A stretch of 64,000 nt of DNA from Mytilus trossulus (GCF_036588685.1 NC_086383.1:20708001-20772000); one strand, 5' to 3'. Positions 26,635 through 39,692 are shown, numbered from the stretch's first letter. The notes: a model not told the origin generated them from the letters alone. Program-made: numbers and translations.

Positions 26635-27210
26635 ATTGAAATACTAAGGCTTTTCTTCCTCTTGAGTAGATTTACTTGAGCTGTTTTTGGCAAAACCTTT
26701 GGGAATTTTTGGTCCTCAAAGCTCTTCAACTTCGTACCTTTTTTGGCCTTTTTACATTTTTATTCGAGCGTAACTGGTGAGTCTTATGTAAACGAAACAC
26801 GCGTCTGGCGTTAATATAACATATCAATCCTGGTATCTATGATTAGTTTATTTACAACCACTGGGTTGATGCCACTGCTGGTAGATATTTATTTCCCCCC
26901 CGCGGGTTTCACAAGCCCAGTAGTCAGCACTTCGGTGTTGACTTTAGTAATCATTGATATGTTCATAATTATAAATTAACTGTTAAATTTCTTTTGAATT
27001 ATTGAAATACTAAGGATTTTCTTCTTTAGGAATAGATTACCTTAGCTGTATTTGGCCAAACTTTTAGAAATGTTTGGTCCTCAATGCTCTTCAACTTCGT
27101 ACTTTTAACATTTTTATATTCGAGCGTCACTGATGAGTCTTTTGTAGACGAAACGCGCGTCTGGCGTTTATATAAAATTTCAATCCTGGTATCTATGATA
27201 AGTTTATTTA
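26635..27210 (+). mobile_element. Tandem retrozyme-like repeat, 356-bp period, two hammerheads (26769-26810 mutated, 27125-27166 intact)
   Basis: Direct repeat of TTGAAATACTAAGG...TCCTGGTATCTATGAT, with hammerhead cores 356 bp apart. Confidence 0.85.
27125..27166 (+). ncRNA. Minimal type I hammerhead ribozyme (intact core)
   Basis: Stem I CGUCA/UGGCG, core CUGAUGA, stem II GUCU-UUUGU-AGAC, GAAAC, palindromic GCGC loop III, and GUC cleavage triplet (cut after 27161). Confidence 0.88.
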
Positions 27211-27693
27211 ATAGCATTCAAGATTTTCATTTTGGGGAAAATGCTTCTAAAATAAGGAACTTTTTTTGGCCCCCTCTTCAAATGACTTAATATTCAATCC
27301 ATCATTACTATTTGCGATTATTTGGTTGCCTAGCAACGGGTTTTATAAATGAACCATAATATCAATCTGTAATTCAAGTGCCCTAGAAAAATACTTCTAA
27401 CTATATTAAAATGAAAGGTAACGTGTTACCAAACACTAGAATATTTATTATTGTTACATCTTTACTTTTGAGAAGTTTTAAATAGCAACCTAGCAACCAC
27501 AATATTGCCTATTGATCACAAAAACGGACCATGTTATCCGAAAAAAAAAGAAAAAAGAAAATGGTTTCATAAAACTTATATTAAATCGACTCCTATATTA
27601 GTTTATTTAGTAACCATGTTTGCATTAAATAACAATTTGACTTTGTATCTGTATAACCCTTCATATCAACTCGAGATTTCCTAAGCAACGTAA

Positions 27694-27903
27694 ACTGTGG
27701 ATTCATTTATTTTCGTGGGTACCAATTTTCGTGGATTAGGAAAAACTTGCATATTCGTGGATATTCAATTTCGTGGTTTTGCTGAAGTCTGCATACAAAC
27801 TTATAGAATAATAATCATTCGTTAAATATTTAATTTCGTGGTATGACTGTGCCCACGAAATCCACGAAAATTGGTATCCAACGAATAATAATGAATCCAC
27901 ATG
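27694..27903. mobile_element. ~210-bp MITE with TIRs and internal TTTCGTGG repeats
   Basis: TGTGGATTCATT...AATGAATCCACA termini; repeated TTTCGTGG/CCACGAAA motifs in inverted arrangement. Confidence 0.7.
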
Positions 27904-30900
27904 GTTAGTTTTAAGTTAACAGTTTAAGAACATTTCAAAGGTTTTTTTAGTATCATTGAATGTAATCTGTAAGCTTGAAACGTGGAACGTGGAACTAAAG
28001 GATATGCATCAGTATCTTGAGTGTAGATGTGCAATTTTAGCATAATTCTTATTTCAATGTTTCCAAGGTAACACGAAATGTATCCATGATATAATATTTT
28101 GCTTAGCAACCATAGTAAATCAGATTCATATTAATATTAATATATTTTTAAGTATGTATTTTCATATAAAAGAGAGACAGCAGATATCTATTTTTTAGTT
28201 ATGTATACTGTATAATAATCTAAGATTCTTGGCTTCCAACAACGTCTAAAACGAAATTCTCTACATGATTACTTTTTTCTAGTCTAACAAATGTTCATAA
28301 CTCCCAAATAAGCACACATTGTGGGTTTATGATCTTCAGTGTGACGAATGGATGGGTCTCCAAAAGTTATATTAACTTGTTTGGACTTTATTACACTTGT
28401 AATCAGCTCTTTTATGCTGACACAATTGCATTTGCCGTTCATAACAGAAATAAATAATAAAAACAATTATATTATCAGGTGGTGTATATTACCTTATTCG
28501 TATTTGACATAACTTTTTGGAAAACTCGGTTCATATAATGATATCATTTTTTTTTAAATTTTAATTGGCTATCCCAACTGTTTTGAACGAAACCACATCA
28601 CCGTTATTAAATTAAGCCTGCTATCTTTGGTGTGTTTTTACAACCAATAGACCGTAGCACATGTTTGCTGACATAAATTATTGATGAGAATGTTTGGTTT
28701 CTTTAAATTTTCTGTTTACATGTATGAACTACGAATTATTTAAACCTGCAGTATTGTTAATAACACTTTATAAGTTCAATATTTCGACCATTTAGGTGTA
28801 AAACATGAAACACATTGCTAGTAATGATGCTTATGTACACTTTTGAATCTGAAGCCATTTAATCCTTTATGGTCGACATTCCTAAATAGCCGCCCAGCAG
28901 TCAAGAGTCTAATTCCAATACATTGGTATAGTAGACATCTTTAGAGTATTTGCGTGACACTTTCTGCAGTGTTAGTTATGGTAATAATGAACATTTAAGT
29001 ATATTAGGACATTGATGAAAGTCCTTAGGAAGTTTCTGTACCCAGGTAAATGCTTTTTATCTGGAATACAATGTTTGGTCAGGCTTTTCACATGATTCCA
29101 TATCCCAAAACGTTTATTATCATCATACCTAGCAACATGCAAAGCTTCGTGCTTTTCCCATAAAGTGATCAATTGTACCAGAATATTGGATTAAGTCGCT
29201 AGACTAATACACGTAACAATCGTTCCATATACCAAATGTAGTTGATTGTTCGCTAATATTGTAAGGAAAACCAAAATCCAAAATCAATGTTAAGCAATGA
29301 ACCGTCGAAATGAGTTCAAGGTCAAATAAAAAATGCCAGACTGACATGTATATCGAAAAAAAATCTAATACACCAAATACACTAGTAGTTGATTATTAAA
29401 TCCATAAAAGAACAGACAAAAACTTTTATCTTTAACCACTGAACCATTAAAATGAAGTGAGTGTCAGCCGACACTTTCCAGATAGACATATACAACTCAC
29501 AAGTCAACCAATATATACACCATCTAGAATATGAGATATGGACTTAACTCCAAAACTGTCTGACGGGTAAGATGACCTTGCAAGTAATGCACATATCAAA
29601 TATAGTTATCATATTACTCATAATCAGAAATTAAAAATGCTAAAAACTATTAAAGTTTAATCAAGTTGTAACTGAACCATGAAAATGAAGTGAAGACAGA
29701 AACTTCATAACATAAAAAACTCTATTTACAAAGTATGAAGAATTCAGGTTACTAAAATATTACCCTCTAAAGAGGTCGCCGAGGCCGGATTGTTATCCCT
29801 ATGTCAAGCTTTTTGTGACAGAAGTCGCAGGCCCGACAAAGTTTTGGTTAAAATTATTAGAAAACATATAGAATATTTTTTTATGCTCTCCATATCTCTA
29901 TTATTTACCAAATACGAATGTAGCTGGTGTATGCACTAGACACCAAACTATTATGTCTGTATCCAACATTCTGCTCAAATGCGATGCTTAATCTATTTAC
30001 AATCTTAACGTATGTGCAAGTATTTGGTCTTTGACGCCAAGAAAAAGGGGCTTTCTTAAGTAAGGAAATAAACCGAAAAACGAGTCAATTGAGACCCATT
30101 TAAAATGTAAAACATGGGTTCTTCTTTAAAAGGTGTATTTAGTTTGAAAAAGGTAATATGCTCATAAGACAAAAACTGCATACCCCTTAGGAAATAATAA
30201 AACCGTAGAGATATCTCCTTGTTCAGCTTTCAAATTGCGAATCTGCAAAATGGAATTTAAATATATTATGTGAAATATTAAATAACAAACCGTAAATAAA
30301 AATTGGATGGACTAAATCCCTAAAATAAAAAAAATAGCTCTCCAGTACAATTTTTCTCCTTAATCTCTTTAGGGATACGAGCCCCAAATGGGTCAAGTAT
30401 ACTAGAAATACATTTGGAAACGTGACTAACTAGGAAAATTCTCCCAAACTTTATTTAGTAACTCGAGTCTCTAATTTGGATTAAAAACAGGGGGTGACTT
30501 ATAGAAACCCTGTAAGGATATACATTGTATATGTATATACCATTACTTTTGCTTAATCGGTGGATCAATCTCATCTAGAAACTCCTCTGTTGCAATTTAC
30601 TGTTGTGACATCTTGGACCATCTTGGATTTCCTTGCACTGATAATTTATTCTCGACATCGGATCTCACAACAATACGCCTTTCCTGAATTGGCTTCTGTG
30701 TCTTGGTGAAACTCAGCATGATTATTGGTTTTTGAATGGAAACATTACACTTAGTTCTGCTTGTATTCCAGCTACATTGGGTAGAAGAAGTATAGCCATC
30801 ACATCAATGTTCTTATTCGCACGAGGTGCCATGAGGCATTGTGTCTATTAGTCTTTTTCGATTCGAAATTGTCTTTTTTCCTAAGCGATACCATAACTTT

Positions 30901-32211
30901 ATATTAATTTGTCTATAACTCTTTTGAGGCTTCACCACATTTCGGGATGGAACTGGATTGTTTAAAGATTAAAGCAAGCTCTGTTGTCGAACTTTTTCAA
31001 ATGCTAAACGTGACGTATGTATGATGGTGACGTCACACAGTGAAAAGATCGCACACTCGTACAAGGTTAAGAATACGTAAAAATAGGGACTCAAGAAGAA
31101 ATACGGAATTTAAACTTTTAATAAACTGTTTTATCAGTAAACTGATAAACATTTATATCGTATGTAATTTTACTCCAGAGAAAAACGGCCTCTACTTGAA
31201 ATGTGTATCTATTTAATAAAATAACACAGTAACCAGACATCATATAAATAAGGAGATTTAGTGAGTGGGGTCGCAATCAAACAACTATCCGTCCAAGCCT
31301 GAGTTCACACATAGAGAATATAACCAATTGTGGGCAGCTGTACGGCCTTCAATTATAGACCGGATATTTTTTTCAAATCGTTAATAAAACTGCTGACTTT
31401 GTTTCCTCAATTTGGAATACAAAGGATTTAAACTTGATAATTGCTGAAGATTGCCGAAGGATCAGGGCATCAGGAAGAAATTGAAGACCAGTCTGTTCGG
31501 AGTTCAAAAATGCGTTTGGTATGGTGACATGTACATGTATTTATGTGGTTTGTGACATGTTCAAAAAACAGCAAACCAATTACACAAAAAAAGACATTTC
31601 ACATAACCGCTGGGCAGTTAACAAGGTATTTGGGGCATTTACCTAACAATTTGTGTATATATCTTATAAACAGTATGAAAGATAAAAATAAACATATACA
31701 ATAGAAAATGCTTTTGTCTACAAAACAATGTATCAGTGTGAACCGAATCAAACCATTTGGAAAGCCAATTCTCTTACAAAATTAAAAGCATTGAAATAAA
31801 TCATTACAAAAGTTATAAGCCACATCAGACCATTCAAGGATGAAAAATTCTTACTATTTCGAAGGATTTTGATTATTGGGAAAATTATTTTACAGATAAA
31901 TCGACACTTACATGGCCTTTTCCAAAAAACATATTACAATATATTTGATCGGTAATGGTAAAATCTATAAATATTTTCAGCATAGCCTTGTTATCAATCC
32001 AAGAGGTTACAGACCAAATGTGCACTCGTCCCAAAAATTTAAATATCAAAAGTCTGAGATTATTCAAATTCAAATTGGACATATAACGCTTTTAGACACT
32101 AACAACAAACAACGAGTATTGATCACTTCAAAGAAATGAATGCAGTTTGTGCGTTTCTTTAGTTGTTTAATATATACAAAGTCTGTCAGACCGTATAGAA
32201 AAACATATATT

Positions 32212-32375
32212 CCCGTTTGAATAGTAATTTGGGGCCCTTTATAGCTTGTTGTTCGGTGTGAGCCAAGGCTCCGTGTTGAAGGCCGTACTTTAACCTATAA
32301 TTGTTTACTTTTTAAATTGTTATTTGGATAGAGAGTTGTCTCATTGGCACTCACACCACATCTTCCTATATCTAT
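32212..32375 (-). repeat. Inverted copy of the AGAAGATGTGGTATG repeat family
   Basis: GTTGTCTCATTGGCACTCACACCACATCTTC is the reverse complement of the family head. Confidence 0.65.
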
Positions 32376-34302
32376 AAGTCTTACTGAATATTCTATCACA
32401 GGATATGTAACAAAGGACAGGGGGACAACGTATAGGCACGATGGCAATCAATGCAAATATGAAACCAGTTTAAAGGGACCAGTTTGATGATATAACTTTA
32501 AATGTATGTTATCTATTTATCTTATGTTTGTTTGTTGTAACTTTAAGTTTGTCCGATTGGTTATCGTCTTTAACATATTTTACAATTAAAACAAAAGGCA
32601 ATTATTTAATTTAAATATTTCAAATATTGTACAGTGTATTGAGACTTAAGATGAGCTTTACTTGTAAGTTCGTAGACATATTATATATTTTTTCGTTTAT
32701 AGTCTTAATGTATCATTTCTTTTTTTTATGAATTAAACTCATAATAGTAATGTATATTGAATGAAATCAAGAAATAGAATCTGTAATCGTTCATAAGAAA
32801 CGATTTTATTATGTTTAAGTCAGTCTTTCAGTTAGTAGTAGGTGTAATAAAGGATTATTTTGACAATTTCCAGTTCAATTAATTTGATTCGATTTAAAAG
32901 CTTTCTTCTTATTCAATAATTGAATGTTGGACTATTAATTGAATAATTTAAAGGACACATTATAACGGACATCAAAAAATACATGGGGAGCACTTTAATT
33001 TCAAAGTCTCGTGAAACATCAATTATAACAAAACAATGAATGCGTTTTAGTTACTGAAATGACTGAGTTTTACTATAAACACGTTTACATAAGGTTTCCT
33101 TTGAAAGAACATCTTTGATTCTGTCAAAATCTTGTTATACTGCTTATAAATAATTGTCGTTCGTAACTCTGTTCGACGACATGTATTCCTTATACAGATA
33201 CCTTAACCATGACGATAAAAGAGACAGAAAAATTATTGAAATTATCAATTGTACCAATATCCAGTATTATTTTTGCAAATGTTTACATAACTTTTTTTTG
33301 CGTAGAAAAGTATTTTTACAGTAATATTTTCCATTAATCAACTTTTTTAATGCATAATTTTATAAGATTTTTACCCAATTTTATAGTATTTCATGTTTCA
33401 TAGTTAAAACACATCTTTTTTAAAATAAGAATTATTTATATTTTAAGCTACTTGTTCCATTTTGATATAACTTTTATGAGATTATTTACCACTTTAAATA
33501 GTATATTTTTGTATATATTTTGGTTTTAAGGATCAGTGTCTCATAAGTCATTTTTGTTTGGCTGGATATTGATAGTTGTTTGTATGTATATGAATATTGT
33601 GTGAATGCCTTGTTTCAATGAAGATGTGACAATATAATAAACAATTTTATTCTATTCTTATTCATAACAACTCTCGTAAGAAATTAAAGAAAAATCATGT
33701 TTTTTGTGTGAATTATATGTCATCGTTATATTCAGTGAAACATTCATACGAGGATAGTAAAACACAAACTTGGGAGTCTTTGATTTATGGCTTTTCTCTC
33801 AATGTCCATCACCCCTTGAAGCAAAAGTCTTGATATCCAAATCCCTTCGGAAGGTGATTAGGTTGAAATCTCGCAAAGAAATATTGACCCCATTTCAATA
33901 ATGCGCCTGTCTTAAGTCAGATGCCGATACCTTGTATGCGTGTCTTGTATTTGTATATTTAACAATGACACTCAATTGTGCGTTTTTTTAATTTTTTTTA
34001 TTGTTGTTAGATATACTAACCATGAGATATTGAATATTGATTTGGCATAATTTTGCCCCAAGATGTCTTTTTTTTTGTATTTTTTTTACTTTGGATTGAT
34101 GTCTCATATAAGTTAACCCCTTTTCGAAAGAAGTATTATGTTAACGTCGTTACAAAACTTTGAGTTTTTGAAAAACTAAGGCTTTTCTACTTCAGGAATA
34201 GATTGCCTTAGCTGTATTCGGCAAAACTTTTATGAATTTTTGGTCCACAATGCTCTTCAACTTCGTACCTTATTAGACCCTTAAAACATTTTTTTATTCG
34301 AA

Positions 34303-34344
34303 CGTCACTGATGAGCCTTTTTGAGACGAAACGCGCGTTTGGCG
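34303..34344 (+). ncRNA. Hammerhead ribozyme motif in a retrozyme fragment (~34155-34385)
   Basis: CGTCA-CTGATGA-GCCT TTTTG AGAC-GAAAC GCGC GTT-TGGCG; one stem II mismatch, GUU triplet. Confidence 0.65.
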
Positions 34345-34677
34345 TAATCATAGAATTTTAATCCAGATATCTATGATGATTTTATTCATAAAGTTAATGT
34401 CCATTGTAGATAATAACACAAAAATCAGATTCATTGAATTTTGAAAAAAAGTACATTTTCATAGTACGAAAAAAAATCATTAATTAGATATAAGAATATT
34501 TGGTATGAGTGCCAATGAGACGTCTCTCCATTACTGTCACACTTATTGAAAGTAAACCACTACATTTAAGGTATAGGTACTGTTTTAAACCCAGAACCAT
34601 TAAACATGTGTTACGAGATATAATGGACATTTTGTCAATATCAAAGCCTTTTTTTTTATCTTGTATGCAGGTATTTA

Positions 34678-37600
34678 ATGAGTCTTGGTAAGTTGGATGG
34701 TATTTTCAAGAAGAAATCAAACGATATATTTTCAAAAAAAGTCATCGACGTATTTGAGAACAAATCAGACAACGATATACTAGCACATAAAAGTGGCGGC
34801 ATAGATGTCTTTGAGACGAAAGAAGATATCTTTGAAAACCCAGGCTATCAAGCTAACATTTTCCCCGGAGACAAGGAGACAGAATATCATGAACCAACAG
34901 TAAAAGATAAACCACTTCAGGTAAATATACTTACTAGAATAAACCCCTTCATGTGTATGTACTTTCTAGAATAAACCCCTTCAGGTGTATGTACTTACTA
35001 GAATAAAACCATTCAGGTGTATGTACTTACTAGAATAAACCCCTTCAGGTGTATGTACTTACTAGAATAAACCCCTTCAGATATATGTACTTACTAGAAT
35101 AAACCCCTTCAGGTGTATGTACCTACTAGAATAAACCCCTTCATGTGTATGTACTTACTAGAATAAACCCCTACAGGCATATGTACTAATTAGAATAAAC
35201 CACTTCAGGTATATGTACTTACTAGAATTAACCCCTCCAGGTGCATTTACTAATTAGAATAAACCACTTCAGGTGTATGTACTTACTAGAATAAACCCCT
35301 TCGGGTGTATGTACTTACAAGAATTAACCCCTTCAGATATATGTACTTACTAGAATTAACCCCTCCAGGTGCATGTACTTATTAGAATAAACCTCTTCAG
35401 GTGTATGTACTTACTAGAATAAACCTCTTCAGGTGTATGTACTTACTAGAATAAACCTCTTCAGGTGTATGTACTTACTAGAATAAACTACTCCAGGCAG
35501 GGTTTCCGCTGGCGCCATTTTCGCAATTTGCGAAAAAAATAATAATTGTATCGATAAAAATTCGTCATTTGCGAAAGAATATGGCGAAAGAAATGTATAG
35601 AACGATTTATTTTCCTCCATCTTGTTTATTTACTTTTTTCGAGTTTCTCGGACTTTACCCGATCAGACAATACTCGGAAATCACCTTGACCTCATTAACG
35701 TCTGGACAGAAAATGAATAATCAGCTGATTACATTTTATTTCTATCGACAACAAAGGACTATATTAATAAAGGTGTTGATTGAATTGTTTGACAAAATGA
35801 TATGGTTAAATGGCTTCTGCTAAATGTCACATATAGTATTTATTTACCACTTTGCGACGCACGTGTTTGAAGCAAACTTTTGACTTCTCCTCTGCTTTTA
35901 AAGATAGTTTAGAAAAGAAAGCTGTTGTTGTGACGAAAAATGTCCAAAAGCTTGAAACACGTGCGTCACTCAAACGACTTTAAAAACGTCTTCCTAATCA
36001 ATTACCGATATTTAAGTCAAAGGATAATTAAAGTTTTAAAGTTTTAAATCCGAGATTTTTCTTGCTTTTGGACATTTTTCGTCACAACAACAGCTTCAAA
36101 CACGTGCGTCGCAAAGTGGTAAATAAATTCTATATCGATAGAAATAAAATGTAATCAGCTGATTATTTATTTTCTGTCCAGACGTTAATGAGGTCAAGGT
36201 CATTTCCGAGTATTGTCTGATCGGGTAAAGTCCGAGAAACTCGAAAAAAGTAAATAAACAAGATGGAGGAAAATTAATCGTTCTATATATTTCTTTCGCC
36301 AAATTCTTTCGCAAATGACGATTTTTTATCGCCACAATTATTATTTTTTTCGCAAATTGCGAAAATGGCGACCGCCAGCGGAAACCCTGCCTGAGTAGTT
36401 TATTCTAGTAAGTACACACACCTGAAGAGGTTTATTCTAATTAGTACATGCACCTGGAGGGGTTAATTCTAGTAAGTACATATATCTGAAGGGGTTAATT
36501 CTAGTAAGTACATACACCCGAAGGGGTTTATTCTAGTAAGTTCATATACCTGGAGTCAGGGTTTCCCCATGGTCTATTATTTTTTTCGCCACCTCTTTCG
36601 CCAAAACAATATATTTTTCGCCACATTATTATTTTTTTCGCCAAATAACATAACTATATTTTTTGTTTAAAATTTTTATTTTTTTCTACCACCCCCCCCC
36701 CCCCCTTCCCCCTTTCACTTAAATAAGATGATTTTGCCCATTGTGTCTATGATTATGCTTTCAAACTTATTTTTTAATTTAAAAGGGAAAACTATTCATT
36801 GCATTTTAAACAACTTTTCTAATTGATTGGGCCACTATACTTTTAATAATAAAGAATATATACGTCCTGGAATATAACAAATTATTGGACATGTTTTGAT
36901 AATATAATACCAGTATATTTCGTAGGGAAAGTTTCTTTAAAAGAAAAATACTGATGTTCCCTTTCGTACTAAGAAGGTTTTTTTACAACGATTAGAATAA
37001 ACCACTCCAGGTATATGTACTTACTAGAATAATCCCCATCAGGTGTATGAACTAATTAGAATAAACCACTTTGAGTATATGTACGGTAGCCTATAATTGT
37101 TAATGTCTGTGTCATATTGGTCTCTTGTGGACAGTTTTGTCATTGGTAATTATACCACATCTTCTTTTTAATATTACCAGAATAAAACCCTTCAGGTATT
37201 TGTACTTACTTAAACAAACTACTCAATGTATATGTACTCACTAGATTTGACTGTTTAGGTGTGTTGTTTCGATTGATATCTTATACTGAGTATATGCTGG
37301 AGACAGGACCTGTTTGTACGGAAGCCGGTAAGTGTCAGGGTAGAGTTTTATTTTTAAGTTGATATAACGACTTAGCTAACGTGGTTTAACAACTTAGCTA
37401 ACGTGGTTTAACAACTTAGCTAAGTTGTTTTAACGACTTAGCATATTTATCTTGTTTAACAACTTGGCTAACTTGTTATAACGACTTAGCTTACTTGTTT
37501 AAACAACTTAGCTAACTCGTTTAAACAACTTAGCTTACTCGTTAAAACGACTTAGGTTACTTGTTATAACGGCTTAGCTGATTTAACTCGTTATAACAAC

Positions 37601-38280
37601 TAAGCTAACTCGTTATTACGACTTAGCTAAGTCGTTTAAACAACTAAGCTATCTCGTTAAAACAACTTAGCTAGGTCGTTATAACGAGTTACCTAAGTTG
37701 TTATAACGAGTTTAATTAGCTTATTAGTTAAAACAAGTTAGCTTAATTGTTTAAATAAGTAAGCTAAGTTGTTTTAACAAGTTAGCTAAGTCGTTTACAC
37801 AAGTAAGCTAAGTCGTTATAACAAGTTAGCTAAGTTTTTATAACAAGATAAATATGTTAAGTCGATATAACAACTTAGATAAGTCGCTATAACGACTTAA
37901 ATATAAAACTCCACCCTGACACTAACCGGCTTCCGTACATTTCCGTTGAACTTCAGATCACCCCAATTTTTGGCATGGGGTTCGTGTTTTGTCAGTATTT
38001 AGTTTGTTCTGTGACCTAAACTTGTTATTTTCTGTGTCATCTGGGCTCGTGTTGAAAGTTGTCTCATTGACAATTATACCTATATCTTCTTATTTTGTAT
38101 TTATTCTTACAGGTTGCAGATATACTATGCCATGGGAAATTCCGAAAGAACAGATGTCATGCCAAGGTCATACAGAGGACGCTTGAACTTTATATGAAAG
38201 GAGAAGATAAAAACTTAAAAAAGAAACTGACTGCAGTTAAACCAAAGAGAGTGACAATTAAGGATGATTTAGTGAGGTAG
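34678..38280 (+). CDS. Putative small two-exon orphan gene, join(34678..34920,38113..38280), 136 aa
   Basis: Acceptor TTGTATGCAG| at 34670, ATG 34678, donor CAG|GTAAAT (phase 0), acceptor TTCTTACAG| at 38112 (phase 0), stop TAG. Repeated D[IV]F motifs followed by a basic C-terminus. No recognised family. Confidence 0.5.
34909..35497 (+). repeat. 32-bp minisatellite (TTCAGGTGTATGTACTTACTAGAATAAACCCC), ~18 units
   Basis: Direct tandem repeats; inverted units at 36390-36556 and more units at ~36991-37250. Confidence 0.95.
35498..36990. mobile_element. Rearranged hAT-like non-autonomous element ends (CAGGGTTTCC termini) forming a foldback
   Basis: CAGGGTTTCC at 35498, its inverse ending at 36389, and again at 36557. 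Each end abuts ACTCCAGG/CCTGGAGT (candidate 8-bp TSD; clearest in copy 2). Subterminal TTCGCC/TTCGCA repeats. Confidence 0.6.
37319..37935. mobile_element. MITE with TA flanks and internal ~21-bp tandem repeats in two inverted halves
   Basis: TA|CGGAAGCCGGTAAGTGTCAGGGTAGAGTTTTAT ... ATAAAACTCCACCCTGACACTAACCGGCTTCCG|TA; internal AACAACTTAGCTAACTTGTT-like units. Confidence 0.85.
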
Positions 38281-38906
38281 GGATAAATTCTGAACTAAGA
38301 ACAGTTATCCATAAATGAAAGACACCATTCAAGTGCAACTTTGCTGCATTCGATCCAAGCAGTGCGAGGTGAAAAATAAAGAAATCTTTGCAGTCGAGAT
38401 AATTATCAACCGTTTTGTCAAAAGTCGGAAAAGTACTGTGTGGTTCCGATTGCTCCGTTCAGTGAATGCGAAAATAATTCAAAAGGAACCAGTGTGATTT
38501 GTTTATTCATAAAAGGTGTTTTATTCTATTGACTGTTTGCTTAATCCATGGTTTGTTTACGTATTCCAAGGTGAAAAGCTAACGGAGTGCCACCCATAAT
38601 TCTTGATGCCACGCTTCTGTGTTTATTTAGCATTACTGGTTCCCTTGAAATGTTTAGAAGATGAAAACTGTGAGGTATCATGAAAAATATATGACTTTTG
38701 GAAGAGTGTCCGACTATGAAAAAACGGTTAAGCCCTCACGTAACAATCTGTGTTTCGTAGTACAAATGTAGTTATATTCTAATTCGTCACCTCAAACGCA
38801 TATAAAGTATTTATAAAATAAAAACAAACACTTGTTACATAGGAATATCTCGCCAGCATGTGCAGCTATTTTCGACTAAACAAAGAAAGGCGCAATTGTG
38901 TGCTTT

Positions 38907-39692
38907 TTAAATTCCTAAATTTTTAGTTACTGTTAGACGTTCACTGATGTTATCTTTGACATATCCGTCCTTAGCCCGATCTGATTTCCAGCGACCATGT
39001 TTTTTGAAGATTCTATCTTCCACATGCGCATTTGCAGCAGCAGTGGCGCCTCCGGACCTCAAACTATGCAAACCAAAATACTTTTTGTCTAAACCAATAG
39101 ATGTTAAAGTAGATAACAGAATGTCTCTTGCAGTAGTATAAGAAAGCTTACCATTTCTTAATTTGTAACCATTTACAGATTTACAAAAAGAAAAAGGACG
39201 AAAAATCAAATCATTACTGTCCGACTTGATGTTTGCTAAATCTAAATATTTCATCAACATTTTAACGGGACATGTAATTTTGTCCGTTTTTGAAATGAGT
39301 ACATCTCTACCCTCACGGTAAATATCAGTTTTACTACTATCTATCAGTAAACTGATGTACGAATCATGAAAAACAATATTATTTCTTGTCAGATTTGCTA
39401 ATTCTGAATACCTCAAAAATCCAGCAAAACTTATAAGGCACATACATGCTATTCTAACATCTTTCAGATTAGATTTATCGTTACCATAAAGCATAAAGAT
39501 TTGATACAAAATTTCTGGTGTTATAGGTTCTTTCTTAACCACAATGTGTCCAATAGATCTCAAAGATCCTTCCTTCACAGAAATAACCAAATCCGATTTA
39601 CACGGATTTTCAACTCCGGCTAATCTATGAGCCCAACTTATAGCATAAAAAGCTTCATTTATGCTGCTAGTAGATTTACCAATATAAGTCAA
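38907..39692 (-). CDS. Tyrosine recombinase catalytic domain (copy 1); the N-terminal extension to ~39925 is frameshifted
   Basis: GFLRYSE (R), SKTD (K), HSLRSGGAT (HxxR), HGRWKS...GY (H, Y). Confidence 0.88.
   Translation of the reverse strand: MTYIGKSTSSINEAFYAISWAHRLAGVENPCKSDLVISVKEGSLRSIGHIVVKKEPITPEILYQIFMLYGNDKSNLKDVRIACMCLISFAGFLRYSELANLTRNNIVFHDSYISLLIDSSKTDIYREGRDVLISKTDKITCPVKMLMKYLDLANIKSDSNDLIFRPFSFCKSVNGYKLRNGKLSYTTARDILLSTLTSIGLDKKYFGLHSLRSGGATAAANAHVEDRIFKKHGRWKSDRAKDGYVKDNISERLTVTKNLGI

Noticed and set aside
30040-31080. Possible transposon or gene remnant with higher GC
   Set aside because: I could not find matching termini or a recognisable translated motif.
34909-35497. 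32-bp repeats as a CRISPR array
   Set aside because: The units are head-to-tail with no unique spacers, the context is eukaryotic, and there are no cas genes.
35429-36335. Repeated short ORFs (FFEFLGLYPIRQYSE...) on both strands
   Set aside because: They come from the inverted non-coding transposon ends and show no transposase motifs.
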